Below, in pieces: positions 13,021 to 27,500 of a stretch of DNA of 64,000 nucleotides (its first letter is position 1; each line of letters starts with the position of its first letter). Source of the stretch: Lingula anatina (lineage: Eukaryota; Animalia; Brachiopoda); assembly GCA_051362555.1 (NCBI GenBank), contig CM120641.1:49296401-49360400 (forward strand). The letters run 5' to 3'. Below the pieces are notes generated by a model. That model was given only the letters and a program-made list of their open reading frames with translations. It did not search any database and was not told where the DNA came from. The translations under genes and the position numbers were made by a program.

Positions 13021-15343
13021 TTATATCGATATATCGGTGCGCATTTCATGAAAGAACGCAATCTGTAGGTCACGGGCGAAAACTGACGATTTTATAATGT
13101 AAGGGTGATACCAAAAGAACACGATCACAATCATTAAATATTACCTTTCCTTTATACGCCGGATGTATTCTAAGGGACCTTTCATATCTCCCGTGTACAT
13201 CATATGGTAGGACTGGCTGTAAGTTATATCACAAACCAAAACACGAACTGCTTGTCTGTAGCTGTGGTAGCTATCAATAATTCAGTGGCGAATTGGTAAC
13301 TGATCAATAACATAAGAAAAGAAGAAATGCCTACGCTTTGTGCTGTCGTATGTATGGTAATGATCGATACGCCGGTAAAGGCAAGCAACCTGTTGCTATT
13401 GGTTTTAATGTGGTTCTCTGCAAGGTTATATCGTGGTGCACGGGAGACTCGTCCACGTGACGCCTCTATAATGGGTTGTCGGACAGGGTTAATCAGTCTC
13501 ATTTGAACATACATTTGTAGTAGGTAGTTTGAGAAATGCGCCAACTTCAATAGGAAAAAATTACAAGACGAACTCAGCGAAGAGACGGAATTATAAGAAA
13601 GAGTAAACAATTAACACGTGTCCCACAATCTCTAAATACTGAACAATTTTATTACGATACACCACTTCTGGATGATATTACATCATAAGTTAATGCAAAC
13701 GAGCACTGAGCACGTATGCCTGCGTGGATGTTTTATCATTTGTACAAGAGGTTTACTAAATAAATATTACGTCAGTAAGGTAAACACAGACCACTACAAC
13801 ACATCCCATTACAACATATCCCACCTACAGCACTGTGGCAAAATTCAGCTTGTCATGCATAAATGTATTACAAAATATAAATATTTATTACCGATAATAC
13901 AACATTTCCGATTAAAAATAGTAATAAAAGTGACAAAAGTAGGTTTTTTTAACACACGCTATGCATAATACTCACTCTTTGTTGAGCTTCTCCTATGACA
14001 AGTAACTTTTATTGATATTCAAATAGGTAATGCAATGAATTAATGTCGCAAAAATAATCAAATTTATCACTTGCTAATCACCCGTCATCCATTTTGACAC
14101 AAAATTGAGCCTCAAGGGATTGCGGTATTCGAAAATACATCATTAATTTAAGACTGTCAGTACTTTAAATTTCCCAGATTATACCATAGCTATGACATGT
14201 GTAAGGAAAGGAGGACCAAAGATTGGTAAGAGTAAAATACCTTTGCCCTAAAATATAAGTTATAATTAGGAGCTTTTCACGAGAAACGGCTTACACAGTG
14301 CATCTCTTAAGTTCAGTATAAATACAGCTGAAGTGTAAGTTATTTGTATTCACATGTTAAAACAGTTGCACAGCACTTTGTCTCACCAATATTCTAAAAA
14401 ATTACCATTGAAACATACCTGTAGACTAAGGTTATTTACATTGTTTCTAGAATAGCTTAGAAAACACATATACACGGTACAGGTAGCAGTGAAAAGTGAA
14501 CTTAACAGAACGCTCTTTACTCTGGAATGGCTATTTACATTAGCTAATATTGGACATACATAACTGTTGTGACCTTGCGGTTTTTCCATTTTTGCTTTAA
14601 TACCCTGAAAATGATGAAATACAGAATGCTGCATCTGCGTTTTCTTTAAGTTCAAACGAAGGCAAAGGTATCATTCAAACAGTTCGTTAGTGTTTTATTT
14701 TGATTTCATGCTCTGCCTTCGGTAAATTTCGGTATACTTCGGGATTTTTTTTCAGTCCTTCTGGTGATCAATTATAATTTTGGTAAATTATCGGAAGTTT
14801 AACACAAATCGCTTTCTCCGAAAATTGTAATTAAATTTCTAATGGTGAAGTATTGCCTTTCGATAACTATGATATTCTTCTCTGATCCATTTTTCCTTGA
14901 ACATAACATTTGCCTTTCCCTATAAATTGCCGATAACCAACCACATTTTTATTGATCACTAGAAAGAACCCAATTTTAAAAACCACCAAATATACTGTAA
15001 CTTACAGGTAGAAATCGAATTTATAATTAAACACTTACATGTATGAGATTTTTGACTAATACGTTCAGGTTCCTATTCTAATTAAACAAGTGTTCGTGTA
15101 TCATACGCAGTATATCCAAATCTTCATAAAACATAATGGAAATACATGTTGCTGTGCACTAAGTTTAAAGCACATTCCCGTATATTAATTTTTGACGCTG
15201 TATACACGTCTATATACTGTACTCGACACGCATCCTAATTGCAGCACTTACGATATCATCGTTTTGATTAAGATAAATGTAGCGTGCATTTGGTAAGGTC
15301 CCGCCGGATATCACAGGCATTTGGTAATGCCCCGGCAGTTACA

Positions 15344-15594
15344 TCAACGTGAGCCTTTAACTCGATGTGCATACTTGTGTTTTCTTGAAAATCTTCGGCG
15401 CGCTTTCCTTAAATTTGACACAAGCTTCTTTGTAATGTGATTAAACAGGGTGGAAGCATCTAATCCCACAATAAACACAACGATTCCCAGTATAATCAGG
15501 ATAGAAAACGTGCCGATTGCTGATGCCCCGGGCGCCTCGACAGGGTTTTGGTTGCGGCGTCTTCGTGGTGTCACTTTCAGAAGTTGATCTGGGG
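15344..15594 (-). CDS. Giant receptor last exon: RRRR site, TM helix, basic cytoplasmic tail
   Basis: Acceptor tttcatacttcag| (alternative in-frame AG 6 nt downstream). APDQLLKVTPRRRRNQNPVEAPGASAIGTFSILIILGIVVFIVGLDASTLF...RKARRRFSRKHK..stop. Confidence 0.85.
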
Positions 15595-18500
15595 CTGAAG
15601 TATGAAAGCAATAGTCGTTTTATTCTGTGCTGCTTCCCAGTAATCATTCAAAAAGTATTTGTATAGCTTTGTATAATTGTTGCTAAGTTGTTATGACTAG
15701 TGTAGAGAGCCTGTAAAATGTAATGTATGCATTTTAGTGCTCAATAAAGATTATTATTATTATTATGAAATTAAAATACTAAGTATCGATGGAATTTTAA
15801 AATATGGACCAAAAGGTCAAAATACACCCGAATTCTCAAAAACGCTTAAAAATCAGAACTAAATGATGTCGATGGGTAGCCATATCTCCACATTACCCCA
15901 CATTGTAAAGTTTATCTCACACACTGGGTTCCCATTACCCAGATATCTTTGGCAATAGCCTGGGTCTAATATTTAAACTGTTGCAAACAATTGCCATAAT
16001 AACACCATAATAAGTATGGTTAAATGCTTAATGTAAAAAAATCATCCAGCCCCAAGGGACAGCCCAATACATAAATTCTGAAGGGTCAGGCCACATCTCG
16101 AGACGAGATGGCAGAAATTACAGTGGGGAAAATTGGAACCATCCGTCCCCCGGAGACGGTACACTGAAATTCAGGCATGATTACATTATCTCTAACTTTT
16201 GTCAAAAAAGTGCGGGGATAATTAACAAAAAATTGCATATATGTTGAACGTTTAACCCTAAATATTCATTTGTGTTATGCACCATATATGTCAGTACCTG
16301 AACCGTCTAATCCTTTCCCATTCCCTGTACGCTAAATATGCACCCTATCTATCTATAGCAAAACGGTTTATTCCACGAATACCCTGTCATCAATTACTGT
16401 AATCAACTATCTTCAGAACAGTGGAACACGTTGTGTTCTAGATGTAAGTTATACCTATGCATGGGGGTAATTCTGGTCTCCAGGTACCATGAATAGTGCA
16501 GTGGATCCATCTGGTGGTCGAGCCATCCATGAAGTAAGTGTTGTTATCACATGTGTATACAATGGTACTGCCCATTGTCACGTTGTAGGTGTCTTGGTAC
16601 GTGGCATTCTGCACAGGTTGTGGGTCGGGACAGAGCGTAACTGAAACATTGGAAAATTACCTTGTGATGGCCGACACGAGCTCATTCCTTACTTTTGCAT
16701 GTGAGAAAAAGAGTTATGTGATACTGTTATGTGCGAGAAAGAATTTGAATGACATAAATCATTTTATGACCATATATGACGTGTAAAAATTTAAATTGAT
16801 ACACTCTTATTCATGAAGGTCTATCTCATTCACTCTAAAAAAATGAAAGAAATAAAGTTTGTCTAAAATATCTATTTCACCTTGACATAAAGTGATGGAA
16901 TCATTCCAAGTACCATTTTCCAAACAACTGACAACTTTTGTGATCACTCTGTTTGGAAATATATATCCGTGGTTGCAGGTCAGTGTCACTCGACTTCCAA
17001 CATAGGTGTCGCCACTTGATATGACCGCATGGTGAGTCTGAATATCGGAACAGGGTGCAGGCGACGTGATTGGCGAGACAGAAGTGGTAACTTGAGATGA
17101 AAACATGGCTAGAGCTGTGGTAGCAGGGAATGTAGTGGAAACGATTTTTGTTGATCTTGTGGTAGTGTTAGTTGATGCAGTGGTATTGCTTGTTGTTGAT
17201 GTTATGGTACTGTTTGTTGTTGATGTTGTGGTACTGTTTGTTGGTGATGTTGTGGTATTGTTTCTTGTTGGTGTTGTTATACTGTTTGTTGGTAATGTTG
17301 TGGTAGGCCTAATGCTTGTTTTTAATGTTGTGGAACTGTTAGGTGGTGTAGTGGTACTGTCAATTGCTGTTGTTGTCGTACTGTTTGTTGGTGATGTTGT
17401 GGTCCTGTTTGTTGGTGATATTGTGGTACTGTAAATTGGTGTTGTTGTCGCACTGTTTGGTGGAAATGTTGTGGTACTGTTAATTGTCGTATTGTTTGTT
17501 GGTGATGATGTTGTACCGTTTGTTGGAAATATTGTGGTACTGTTAATTAGTGGTGTTGTTGTGGTACTGTTTGTTGGTGATGTTGTGGTACCGTTTGTTG
17601 GAAATGCTGTGGTACTGTTAATCTGTGTTGTTGTGGTACTGTTTGTTGGTGATGTTGTGGTACTGTTTGTTGTTGGTGTAGTGGTACTGTTTGTTGCTGG
17701 TGTTGTCGTATTGTTTGTTGGTGATGTAGTGGCACTGTTTGTTGGTGTTGTTGTGGTACTGTTAATTGGTGTTGTTGCTGTACTGTTTGTTTGTGATGTT
17801 GTGGTACTGTTAATTGGTGTTGTTGCAGTACTGTTTGTAAGTGATGTTGTGGTACTGTTTGTTGGTGATGTTATGGTACTGTTAATTGGTGTTGTTGTCA
17901 TTATGTTTGTTGGTGATGTTGTGGTACTGTTTGGTGCTGATGTTGTGGTACTGTTTGTAAGTAATGTTGTGGTACTGTTATTTGGTGTTGTTGCTCTACC
18001 GTTTGTTGGTGATGTTTCAGTACTGTTTGTTGGTAATATTGTGGTACTATTATTTGCTGTTGTTATGGTACCGTTTGTTGTTGGTGTTGTGGTACCGTTT
18101 GTTGTTGGTATTGTGGTACTGTTTGTTGGTATAGTTGTGGTACCGTTTATTGGTGTTGTTGTGGTAATGCTTGTTGGTGATGTTGTGGTACTGTTAATTG
18201 GTGTTGTTGTCGTTATGTTTGTTGTTGATGTTGTGGTACTGTTAATTGGTGTTGCTGTACTGTTTGTTGGTGATGTTGTGGTACTGTTAATGGGTGTTGT
18301 TGCAGTACTGTTTGTTGGTAATGTTGTGGTACTGTTAATTAGTGTTGTTGCTGCACTGTTTGTTGGTGATGTTGTGGCACTGTTTGTTGATAATGTTGTG
18401 GTACTGTTCATTGGTGTTGTTATGGTACCGTTCGTTGGTGATGTTGTCATACTGTTTGTTGGTAATGTTGTGGTACTATAATTTGCTGTTGTTGTGGTAC

Positions 18501-21500
18501 TTTTTGGTGATGTTGTAGTACTGCTTGTTGGTGATGTTGTAGCACTGCTTGTTGGTGATGCAGTGGTACTACTTGTTGGTGATGTTATGGTACTACTTGT
18601 TGGTGATGTTTCAGTACTACTTGTTGGTGATGTTGTGGTACTACTTGTTGGTGCTGTTTCAGTACTACTTGTTGGTGCTGTTTCAGTACTACTTGTTGGT
18701 GATGTTTCAGTACTACTTGTTGGTGATGTTTCAGTACTACTCGTTGGTGATGTTGTGGTACTACTTGTTGGTGATGCAGTGGTACTACTTGTTGGTGATG
18801 CAGTGGTACTGCTTGTCGGTGATGTTGTGGTACTGCTTGTTGGTGATGATTCAGTACTGTTTGTTGGTGATGTTGCAGTGCTGTTGCTCATTGGTGATGT
18901 GGTGTTCAAAAGCACGGATGTGTATTCATTCGGAGAGGTGGCACCTGAAACAGATTTAAGATGGGTATATAGTTTTAGCTTATTGTTATATCAAACCTCG
19001 TGGAAACCATAAAATTAACATTTAACAGTGAGACAGTACTCACAGAGATTAAAAATAGCTCTATTGGCTTCTACATCCCATGATCATATTTCCCTCAGTA
19101 TTTTTTTATTTAAAAATGATCAAGTCTATTTATACTGTACAAATACATTAAGGGTACATTATCATCAGATCTAGTCGGTTGTGGCGATGTTCTTCAGCTC
19201 CTTTCATACGACAGTAGAAAACATTTTAAGGGTAACTTTTAAATTTAAACAATGGTAATGTAAGAATCGCGACGTACAAGTCACATTGTATGTAATAAGA
19301 CCGTGCTGTAGAAAACTGGGCACATTGTGTGCCACTTGATCAGGACGTACAAGATATCGTATGTCACATGAATCTTGACATACAATGTCACATGATCATG
19401 ACGTACCACCACTACAAGTCGGTGTATGTCACATGATCATGACCTGAATATCATGTACCAATCCCTGATCACTAAAGTAAATATTTAACACTACCTGAGG
19501 GAATCGCTTTTTTTTATAAGTACTTCATTCTTATGGCTAAACGAGAATTCGAAATGTTGCTCTGAAATGTATAAAAAGCGGCGGAAAATAATTCTCATCA
19601 GCGTCACTTATTTTGAATTAAAATACAATCTATTTATGCTAAATGATAAAACATTTAGCAATATCATACGCGAAGGACAGCGCTCTCAAGTGTAATATAT
19701 CTTTGATTGATGTGAGCATATCCCATGGTCGACTTTATAGCAAGGATGGCATTTATTTCCCTGCAGACATTTTATTAAAATAAAAAGACCAAATAAAAAA
19801 TAAATATTGTTAAAGTTTGAAAAATAAATATCTTCTATTTAGGTATTTTAGTATTTGTCACATCAACAACCGTAATGGTTTATCAAGAGTATAGATCCCA
19901 CCGTTTAATGCGGTGCATATAATGACCATTGGCAAGAAATGCAACTTTCCTTCAGTTAAAGACAATTCGATATTTTAACGCCAAAACGAATTTTCTTCAG
20001 GAAGAAGGAGTCTTCTTTACTCATGAATCATTGCTCGACCCATCCCTGATCTTGGATTTGATGTTTAATGCCAGTTTTATATACATACACTTTAAGAGTC
20101 TGTATTTATTCTGATCACTGTCTTTGTCAGTGTAATCGCCATTCGATCGAAATATACTAATAACAGTATATTTCTTCAAATTGCACCACACATTCCTCTC
20201 AGCGCTGTTTACATATAAAAATTGATTAACCAACATCAATTTAAACAAATATTAAAGCAATTACACCTATGGGACATAATCTAATCAAAATGTTCTTTGA
20301 ATATTTTTACAAAGTTTCTTTTAATTATTTGATGATTATCATTAAGAGAAAATATTGTATTTCTTAATGAAATTAGACCATGAAATTGGTACTCCAGTGT
20401 CAAAATTCTTATCCGAGCTTCACGAAATTAATTTCAAAGCCAAATGACGATCCAGTTTCGTTTTCGGTATCACAGCTCAATTCTGCATGTATGTTAAAGA
20501 AAGCCACCCTGAGCTTCAGAGATAACTTGACACTAACCTCTTCACTATAGCCTATCTTCATCGTGTCAAGTTACCTCTGACGAAAATAGTTTGACCTAGT
20601 TTATATAAGCCAATCGAATCCAAGTTTCAAAATTTTTCACCAAAGTTTGGTGAAAACGCTGATTGGTTGATCGTCAATCGGCAATCCTCGGCTGATTCCG
20701 CAAGCTCCATACTAACAACAAAGTTATTGTCGAGTGCGGAGACATCCGAGTAGTTCCGAGTGCATAACCCTACACAAAGAAAGCATGGCGTCTCCTACGA
20801 GTCACTACGTAAAATAATGTGTTAAGTTATCTCTTGATTCTTTGCAAAATATGAGTATATCGGAGTTGAAACCAGAGCAGTTTGAGGCCCTGCATCATTA
20901 TCTACTGAGGGATGATGTATTTTGCGTGCTGCCCACAGGTTACGGTAAGTCCCTGATATTCAGCCTTATCTTTGATTGGTCCGGATTTGAACAAAGCGCG
21001 CTTTGACTAGTTCGCGTTCATTGGCTAGAATCGTTCAATGAGTCATTGAGTGCGGGCTTTAAATTTGATTGGCGGGCGGCGGGGGCAATCGAATGTGGTC
21101 AGAGGTAACTTGACACGATGAAGATAGGCTATTGTGAAGAGGTTAGTGTCAAGTTATCTCTGAAGCTCAGGGTGAAGAAAGCATGATCTTAAGAGGAATA
21201 AAGAATGAAAAAGTCACCGAACCTCTGTAGTTTCTACATTTCATGAAATATTTTAATCTTAAAAGAGCACTTGGCTTACCGCACCAGCCAAGTTAAAACA
21301 ACACTGATATACTATCAAACACATATTAAACGGATGATGGGAGGCAATGGGAGGGCAACAATATAAAAGTCTTTATATCTGCATAATATTATCACGTGAG
21401 TATGTGTCCTTGGTGCTCAAAATCAAAGCTATCATTAAATATGCGGTCCTTAGCTTCGGACATGACTGATAAGAATAAATGTGTAAAATGAAACTCACCA

Positions 21501-24500
21501 TTTAGGTCGATGACACCGTCTGTATGTAGAAGTATGTCATTTTCACAGTCTAAGCCAATCCTCTCCCACAAGGTGGCCATATCTAGACGAGATAATGGGA
21601 TGCCATACACTCGCAAACACGACATACGCCCAGAAAACTCATAAAATCCATCAACACTTCCTAATGTTATATTTGTAATAGAAATGCCCTGCAGCAGTGA
21701 AATGGTGTTAACTGCTTGCAATTTACCATGTTCATATATTTGAACGAGTCCTGAATTACTGTTATGCGTTATTCCAAATGATAGCCATGTGGTCTCAGCC
21801 GATTTGATAAAATCAAAGAGCCATGTTTTATCCAAATAAACAAATTTAACTGTTATTGTAGAATCAGCCGCAGCTCGCAACTGCAACTTAATGTGTTTTC
21901 CTGGCGTGGTTCCCATTTGAACCAGTCCCCGTGCCTGTGTAGTCAGTGGTTCAAAGTTCAATATAACCGTGGTGGAGGTGCCGGGTACCAGGAAGTTGAC
22001 GGACACGGAAGAGGGAGGAGACACCCCATCGAAAGCTACCCCTCCCCAAAGCCAGTCTGGGTCTGAATACCACGTGGTCCCATCATATGTGATGAAGTCG
22101 TCATCAGACTCAAAGACACTTGTTTGCTGATCATCTGTGAGAGGCCACAAACCTTGCAGCGGAAAGAAGTCTGAAGATAAATACACCAGTAAGGTTATAA
22201 TACAAGCCGAACTTTTTGTCTACCATTGTTAGCTTAAGATCAACATCATCAGGGGCCTTCACCAGACTGATGTGTTATAGTGAACGTTGTAGATCTAACT
22301 GAGTTGGAATGTTAAGATCAACATCATGAGGGGCCTTCACCAGACTGATGTGTTATAGTGAACGTTGTAGATCTAACTGAGATGGAATGTTAAGATCAAC
22401 ATCATCAGGGGCCTTCACCAGACTGATGTGTTATAGTGAACGTTGTAGATCTAACTGAGATGGAATGTTAAGATCAACATCATCAGGGGCCTTCACCAGA
22501 CTGATGTGTTATAGTGAACGTTGTAGATCTAACTGAGATGGAATGTTAAGATCAACATCATGAGGGGCCTTCACCAGACTGATGTGTTATAGTGAACTTT
22601 GTAGATCTAACTGAGATGGAATGTTAAGATCAACATCATCAGGAGCCTTCACCAGACTGATGTGTTATAGTGAACGTTGTTGATCTAACTGAGGTGGAAT
22701 GTTAAGATCAACATCATCAGGGGCCTTCACCAGACTGATGTGTTATAGTGAACGTTGTAGATCTAACTGAGGTGGAATGTTAAGATCAACATCATGAGGG
22801 GCCTTCACCAGACTGATGTGTTATAGTGAACGTTGTAGATCTAACTGAGGTGGAATGTTAAGATCAACATCATCAGGGGCCTTCACCAGACTGATGTGTT
22901 ATAGTGAACGTTGTAGATCTAACTGAGATGGAATGTTAAGATCAACATCATGAGGGGCTTTCACCAGACTGATGTGTTATAGTGAACGTTGTAGATCGAA
23001 CTGATATGGAATGTTACGATCAACATCATCAGGGGCCTTCACCAGACTGATGTGTTATAGTGAACGTTGTAGATCTAACTGAGATGGAATGTTAAGATCA
23101 ACATCATCAGGGGCCTTCACCAGACTGATATGTTATAGTGAACGTTGTAGATCTAACTGAGATGGAATGTTAAGATCAACATCATCAGGGGCCTTCACCA
23201 GACTGATATGTTATAGTGAACGTTGTAGATCTAACTGAGTTGGAATGTTAAGATCAACATCATGAGGGGCCTTCACCAGACTGATGTGTTATAGTGAACG
23301 TTGTAGATCTAACTGAGTTGGAATGTTAAGATCAACATCATGAGGGGCCTTCACCAGACTGATGTGTTATAGTGAACGTTGTAGATCTAACTGAGATGGA
23401 ATGTTAAGATCAACATCATGAGGGGCCTTCACCAGACTGATGTGTTATAGTGAACGTTGTAGATCAAACTGATATGGAATGTTACGATCAACATCATCAG
23501 GGGCCTTCACCAGACTGGTGTGTTATAGTGAACGTTGTAGATCTAACTGAGATGGAATGTTAAGATCAACATCATGAGGGGCTTTCACCAGACTGATGTG
23601 TTATAGTGAACGTTGTAGATCGAACTGATATGGAATGTTACGATCAACATCATCAGGGGCCTTCACCAGACTGATGTGTTATAGTGAACGTTGTAGATCT
23701 AACTGAGATGGAATGTTAAGATCAACATCATCAGGGACCTTCACCAGACTGATGTGTTATAGTGAACGTTGTAGATCTAACTGAATTGGAATGTTAAGAT
23801 CAACATCATGAGGGGCCTTCACCAGAATGATGTGTTATAGTGAACGTTGTAGATCTAACTGAGTTGGAATGTTAAGATCAACATCATGAGGGGCCTTCAC
23901 CAGACTGATGTGTTATAGTGAACGTTGTAGATCTAACTGAGATGGAATGTTAAGATCAACATCATGAGGGGCCTTCACCAGACTGATGTGTTATAGTGAA
24001 CGTTGTAGATCTAACTGAGATGGAATGTTAAGATCAACATCATCAGGAGCCTTCACCAGACTGATGTGTTATAGTGAACGTTGTAGATCTAACTGAGGTG
24101 GAATGTTAAGATCAACATCATCAGGGGCCTTCACCAGACTGATGTGTTATAGTGAACGTTGTAGATCTAACTGAGATGGAATGTTAAGATCAACATCATG
24201 AGGGGCCTTCACCAGACTGATGTGTTATAGTGAACGTTGTAGATCTAACTGAGGTGGAATGTTAAGGTCCACATTATCAGGGGCCTTCACCAGACTGATG
24301 TGTTATAGTGAACGTTGTAGATCTAACTGAGATGGAATGTTAAGATCAACATCATGAGGGGCTTTCACCAGACTGATGTGTTATAGTGAACGTTGTATAT
24401 CGAACTGATATGGAATGTTACGATCAACATCATCAGGGGCCTTCACCAGACTGATGTGTTATAGTGAACGTTGTAGATCTAACTGAGATGGAATGTTAAG

Positions 24501-27500
24501 ATCAACATCATTAGGGGCCTTCACCAGACTGATAGACTGATGTGTTATAGTGAACGTTGTAGATCTAACTGAGTTGGAATGTTAAGATCAACATCATGAG
24601 GGGCTTTCACCAGACTGATGTGTTATAGTGAACGTTGTAGATCGAACAGAGATGGAATGTTAAGATCAACATAATGAGGGGCCTTCACCAGACTGATGTG
24701 TTATAGTGAACGTTGTAGATCTAACTGAGATGGAATGTTAAGATCAACATCATGAGGGGCTTTCACCAGACTGATGTGTTATAGTGAACGTTGTAGATCT
24801 AACTGAGATGGAATGTTAAGATCAACATCATGAGGGGCCTTCACCAGACTGATGTGTTATAGTGAACGTTGTAGATCTAACTGAGTTGGAATGTTAAGAT
24901 CAACATCATGAGGGGCCTTCACCAGACTGATGTGTTATAGTGAACGTTGTAGATCTAACTGAGATGGAATGTTAAGATCAACATCATGAGGGGCCTTCAC
25001 CAGACTGATGTGTTATAGTGAACGTTGTAGATCAAACTGATATGGAATGTTACGATCAACATCATCAGGGGCCTTCACCAGACTGGTGTGTTATAGTGAA
25101 CGTTGTAGATCTAACTGAGATGGAATGTTAAGATCAACATCATGAGGGGCTTTCACCAGACTGATGTGTTATAGTGAACGTTGTAGATCGAACTGATATG
25201 GAATGTTACGATCAACATCATCAGGGGCCTTCACCAGACTGATGTGTTATAGTGAACGTTGTAGATCTAACTGAGATGGAATGTTAAGATCAACATCATC
25301 AGGGACCTTCACCAGACTGATGTGTTATAGTGAACGTTGTAGATCTAACTGAATTGGAATGTTAAGATCAACATCATGAGGGGCCTTCACCAGAATGATG
25401 TGTTATAGTGAACGTTGTAGATCTAACTGAGTTGGAATGTTAAGATCAACATCATGAGGGGCCTTCACCAGACTGATGTGTTATAGTGAACGTTGTAGAT
25501 CTAACTGAGATGGAATGTTAAGATCAACATCATGAGGGGCCTTCACCAGACTGATGTGTTATAGTGAACGTTGTAGATCTAACTGAGATGGAATGTTAAG
25601 ATCAACATCATCAGGAGCCTTCACCAGACTGATGTGTTATAGTGAACGTTGTAGATCTAACTGAGGTGGAATGTTAAGATCAACATCATCAGGGGCCTTC
25701 ACCAGACTGATGTGTTATAGTGAACGTTGTAGATCTAACTGAGATGGAATGTTAAGATCAACATCATGAGGGGCCTTCACCAGACTGATGTGTTATAGTG
25801 AACGTTGTAGATCTAACTGAGGTGGAATGTTAAGGTCCACATTATCAGGGGCCTTCACCAGACTGATGTGTTATAGTGAACGTTGTAGATCTAACTGAGA
25901 TGGAATGTTAAGATCAACATCATGAGGGGCTTTCACCAGACTGATGTGTTATAGTGAACGTTGTATATCGAACTGATATGGAATGTTACGATCAACATCA
26001 TCAGGGGCCTTCACCAGACTGATGTGTTATAGTGAACGTTGTAGATCTAACTGAGTTGGAATGTTAAGATGAACATCATTAGGGGCCTTCACCAGACTGA
26101 TAGACTGATGTGTTATAGTGAACGTTGTAGATCTAACTGAGTTGGAATGTTAAGATCAACATCATGAGGGGCTTTCACCAGACTGATGTGTTATAGTGAA
26201 CGTTGTAGATCGAACAGAGATGGAATGTTAAGATCAACATAATGAGGGGCCTTCACCAGACTGATGTGTTATAGTGAACGTTGTAGATCTAACTGAGATG
26301 GAATGTTAAGATCAACATCATGAGGGGCTTTCACCAGACTGATGTGTTATAGTGAACGTTGTAGATCTAACTGAGATGGAATGTTAAGATCAACATCATG
26401 AGGGGCCTTCACCAGACTGATGCAAAGTTGTTAAATTTGTATATCCAACTGAGATGGGCTTTAAGCATTTTTGGGAACACTGTTTAACCATTAAAATAGA
26501 CAAATTTTGATGAGATGTTAACTTTTGTTTTTTCATGTTAACTTATGCTGTGAAATCTAGAAAAACACTATGCATTTTTTTTTTTTTGGGGGGGGGGGGG
26601 GGGCGGCCAAGAGCTTTTCCAGGAAGAAGGTTGGGTGTTTTAGTGATGTTTTTGACGAGAGCAAAGTTTTCTAACAAGTATTAACAAGCATTTGTATTCA
26701 TACTGGTTATGAAATTTTACTTACCGTGACTTGGGACTGACAAATTTCCAAACATAGCAATGGGGCAGTTTGACTCCATGATTTCAATAAATGTGCGCGC
26801 ATTTTCTATATTGAATCTTTCGTCAAATATACAAAGACAGGAAAGTTTCCCGGAAAACCCGTTTAACCCATGTGCGAGCCCTAGTGTTATATTGTATATG
26901 TATGGGAAAGCATCAGGTTCAAAATAATGAATACGTCCAAGACTCATCCCGTTGAATATGTATACTTGTCCCGAATTACTGTCAAAAACTATGCCAATCA
27001 GGTGCCATTCGGCCTGTGTATCAAAAAATATATTCAATTCCAGTTCTTCAAATTGTAATGTTACTTCTAAAATTCCATTTCTATGTTTGATAATGACAAC
27101 AATAACCCCATTACTCGATGATAGTTGCATCACTCTGCCCCCACCACCGGAGATGTAAAAATAGACTGCAAAGCTGCGGCCATGTTCGTTTAGCCGTAGG
27201 ATACCCGTGGAAGTTGTCGACAGAAAGCCAAGTGCCTCCATAGCATAGTGGGTGGGTCCAAAGACCAAATCCACGTTGTATATTTCTATCGCTTGTTCAC
27301 ACCCCGTGATATCTTCATTTAGGTAGTCGAAATTCAATGGATACACGGCAATGGGATATGGCACACCTGAAACAGATACATGGATAACTTGGTATTCTAT
27401 ACTTATGAAGCAACAAATGATAATTTATGGGATATGGTGCATCTGTATTGGGTACATATTGAATTTAATAATAGAATAGGGACAATAACGCCATTTCACA

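Noticed and set aside
17105-19012. Long Val/Leu/Gly-rich plus-strand ORFs (17105-17434, 17471-18481, 18494-19012, 18549-18959)
   Set aside because: Antisense shadows of the ACA/ACC-rich mucin repeat. The minus frame has the Sushi domain and proper splice sites.
19495-21311. Possible micro-exons at 19495-19561 and ~21280-21311 between exon F and the mucin exon
   Set aside because: They are not frame-preserving alone and hit a stop when combined. Exon F splices in frame directly to 18944.
22234-26455. 78-bp array as a CRISPR array or coding repeat
   Set aside because: Units are contiguous with no unique spacers, there are no cas genes, the context is eukaryotic, and the ORF track shows no ORF across it although 78 is a multiple of 3.
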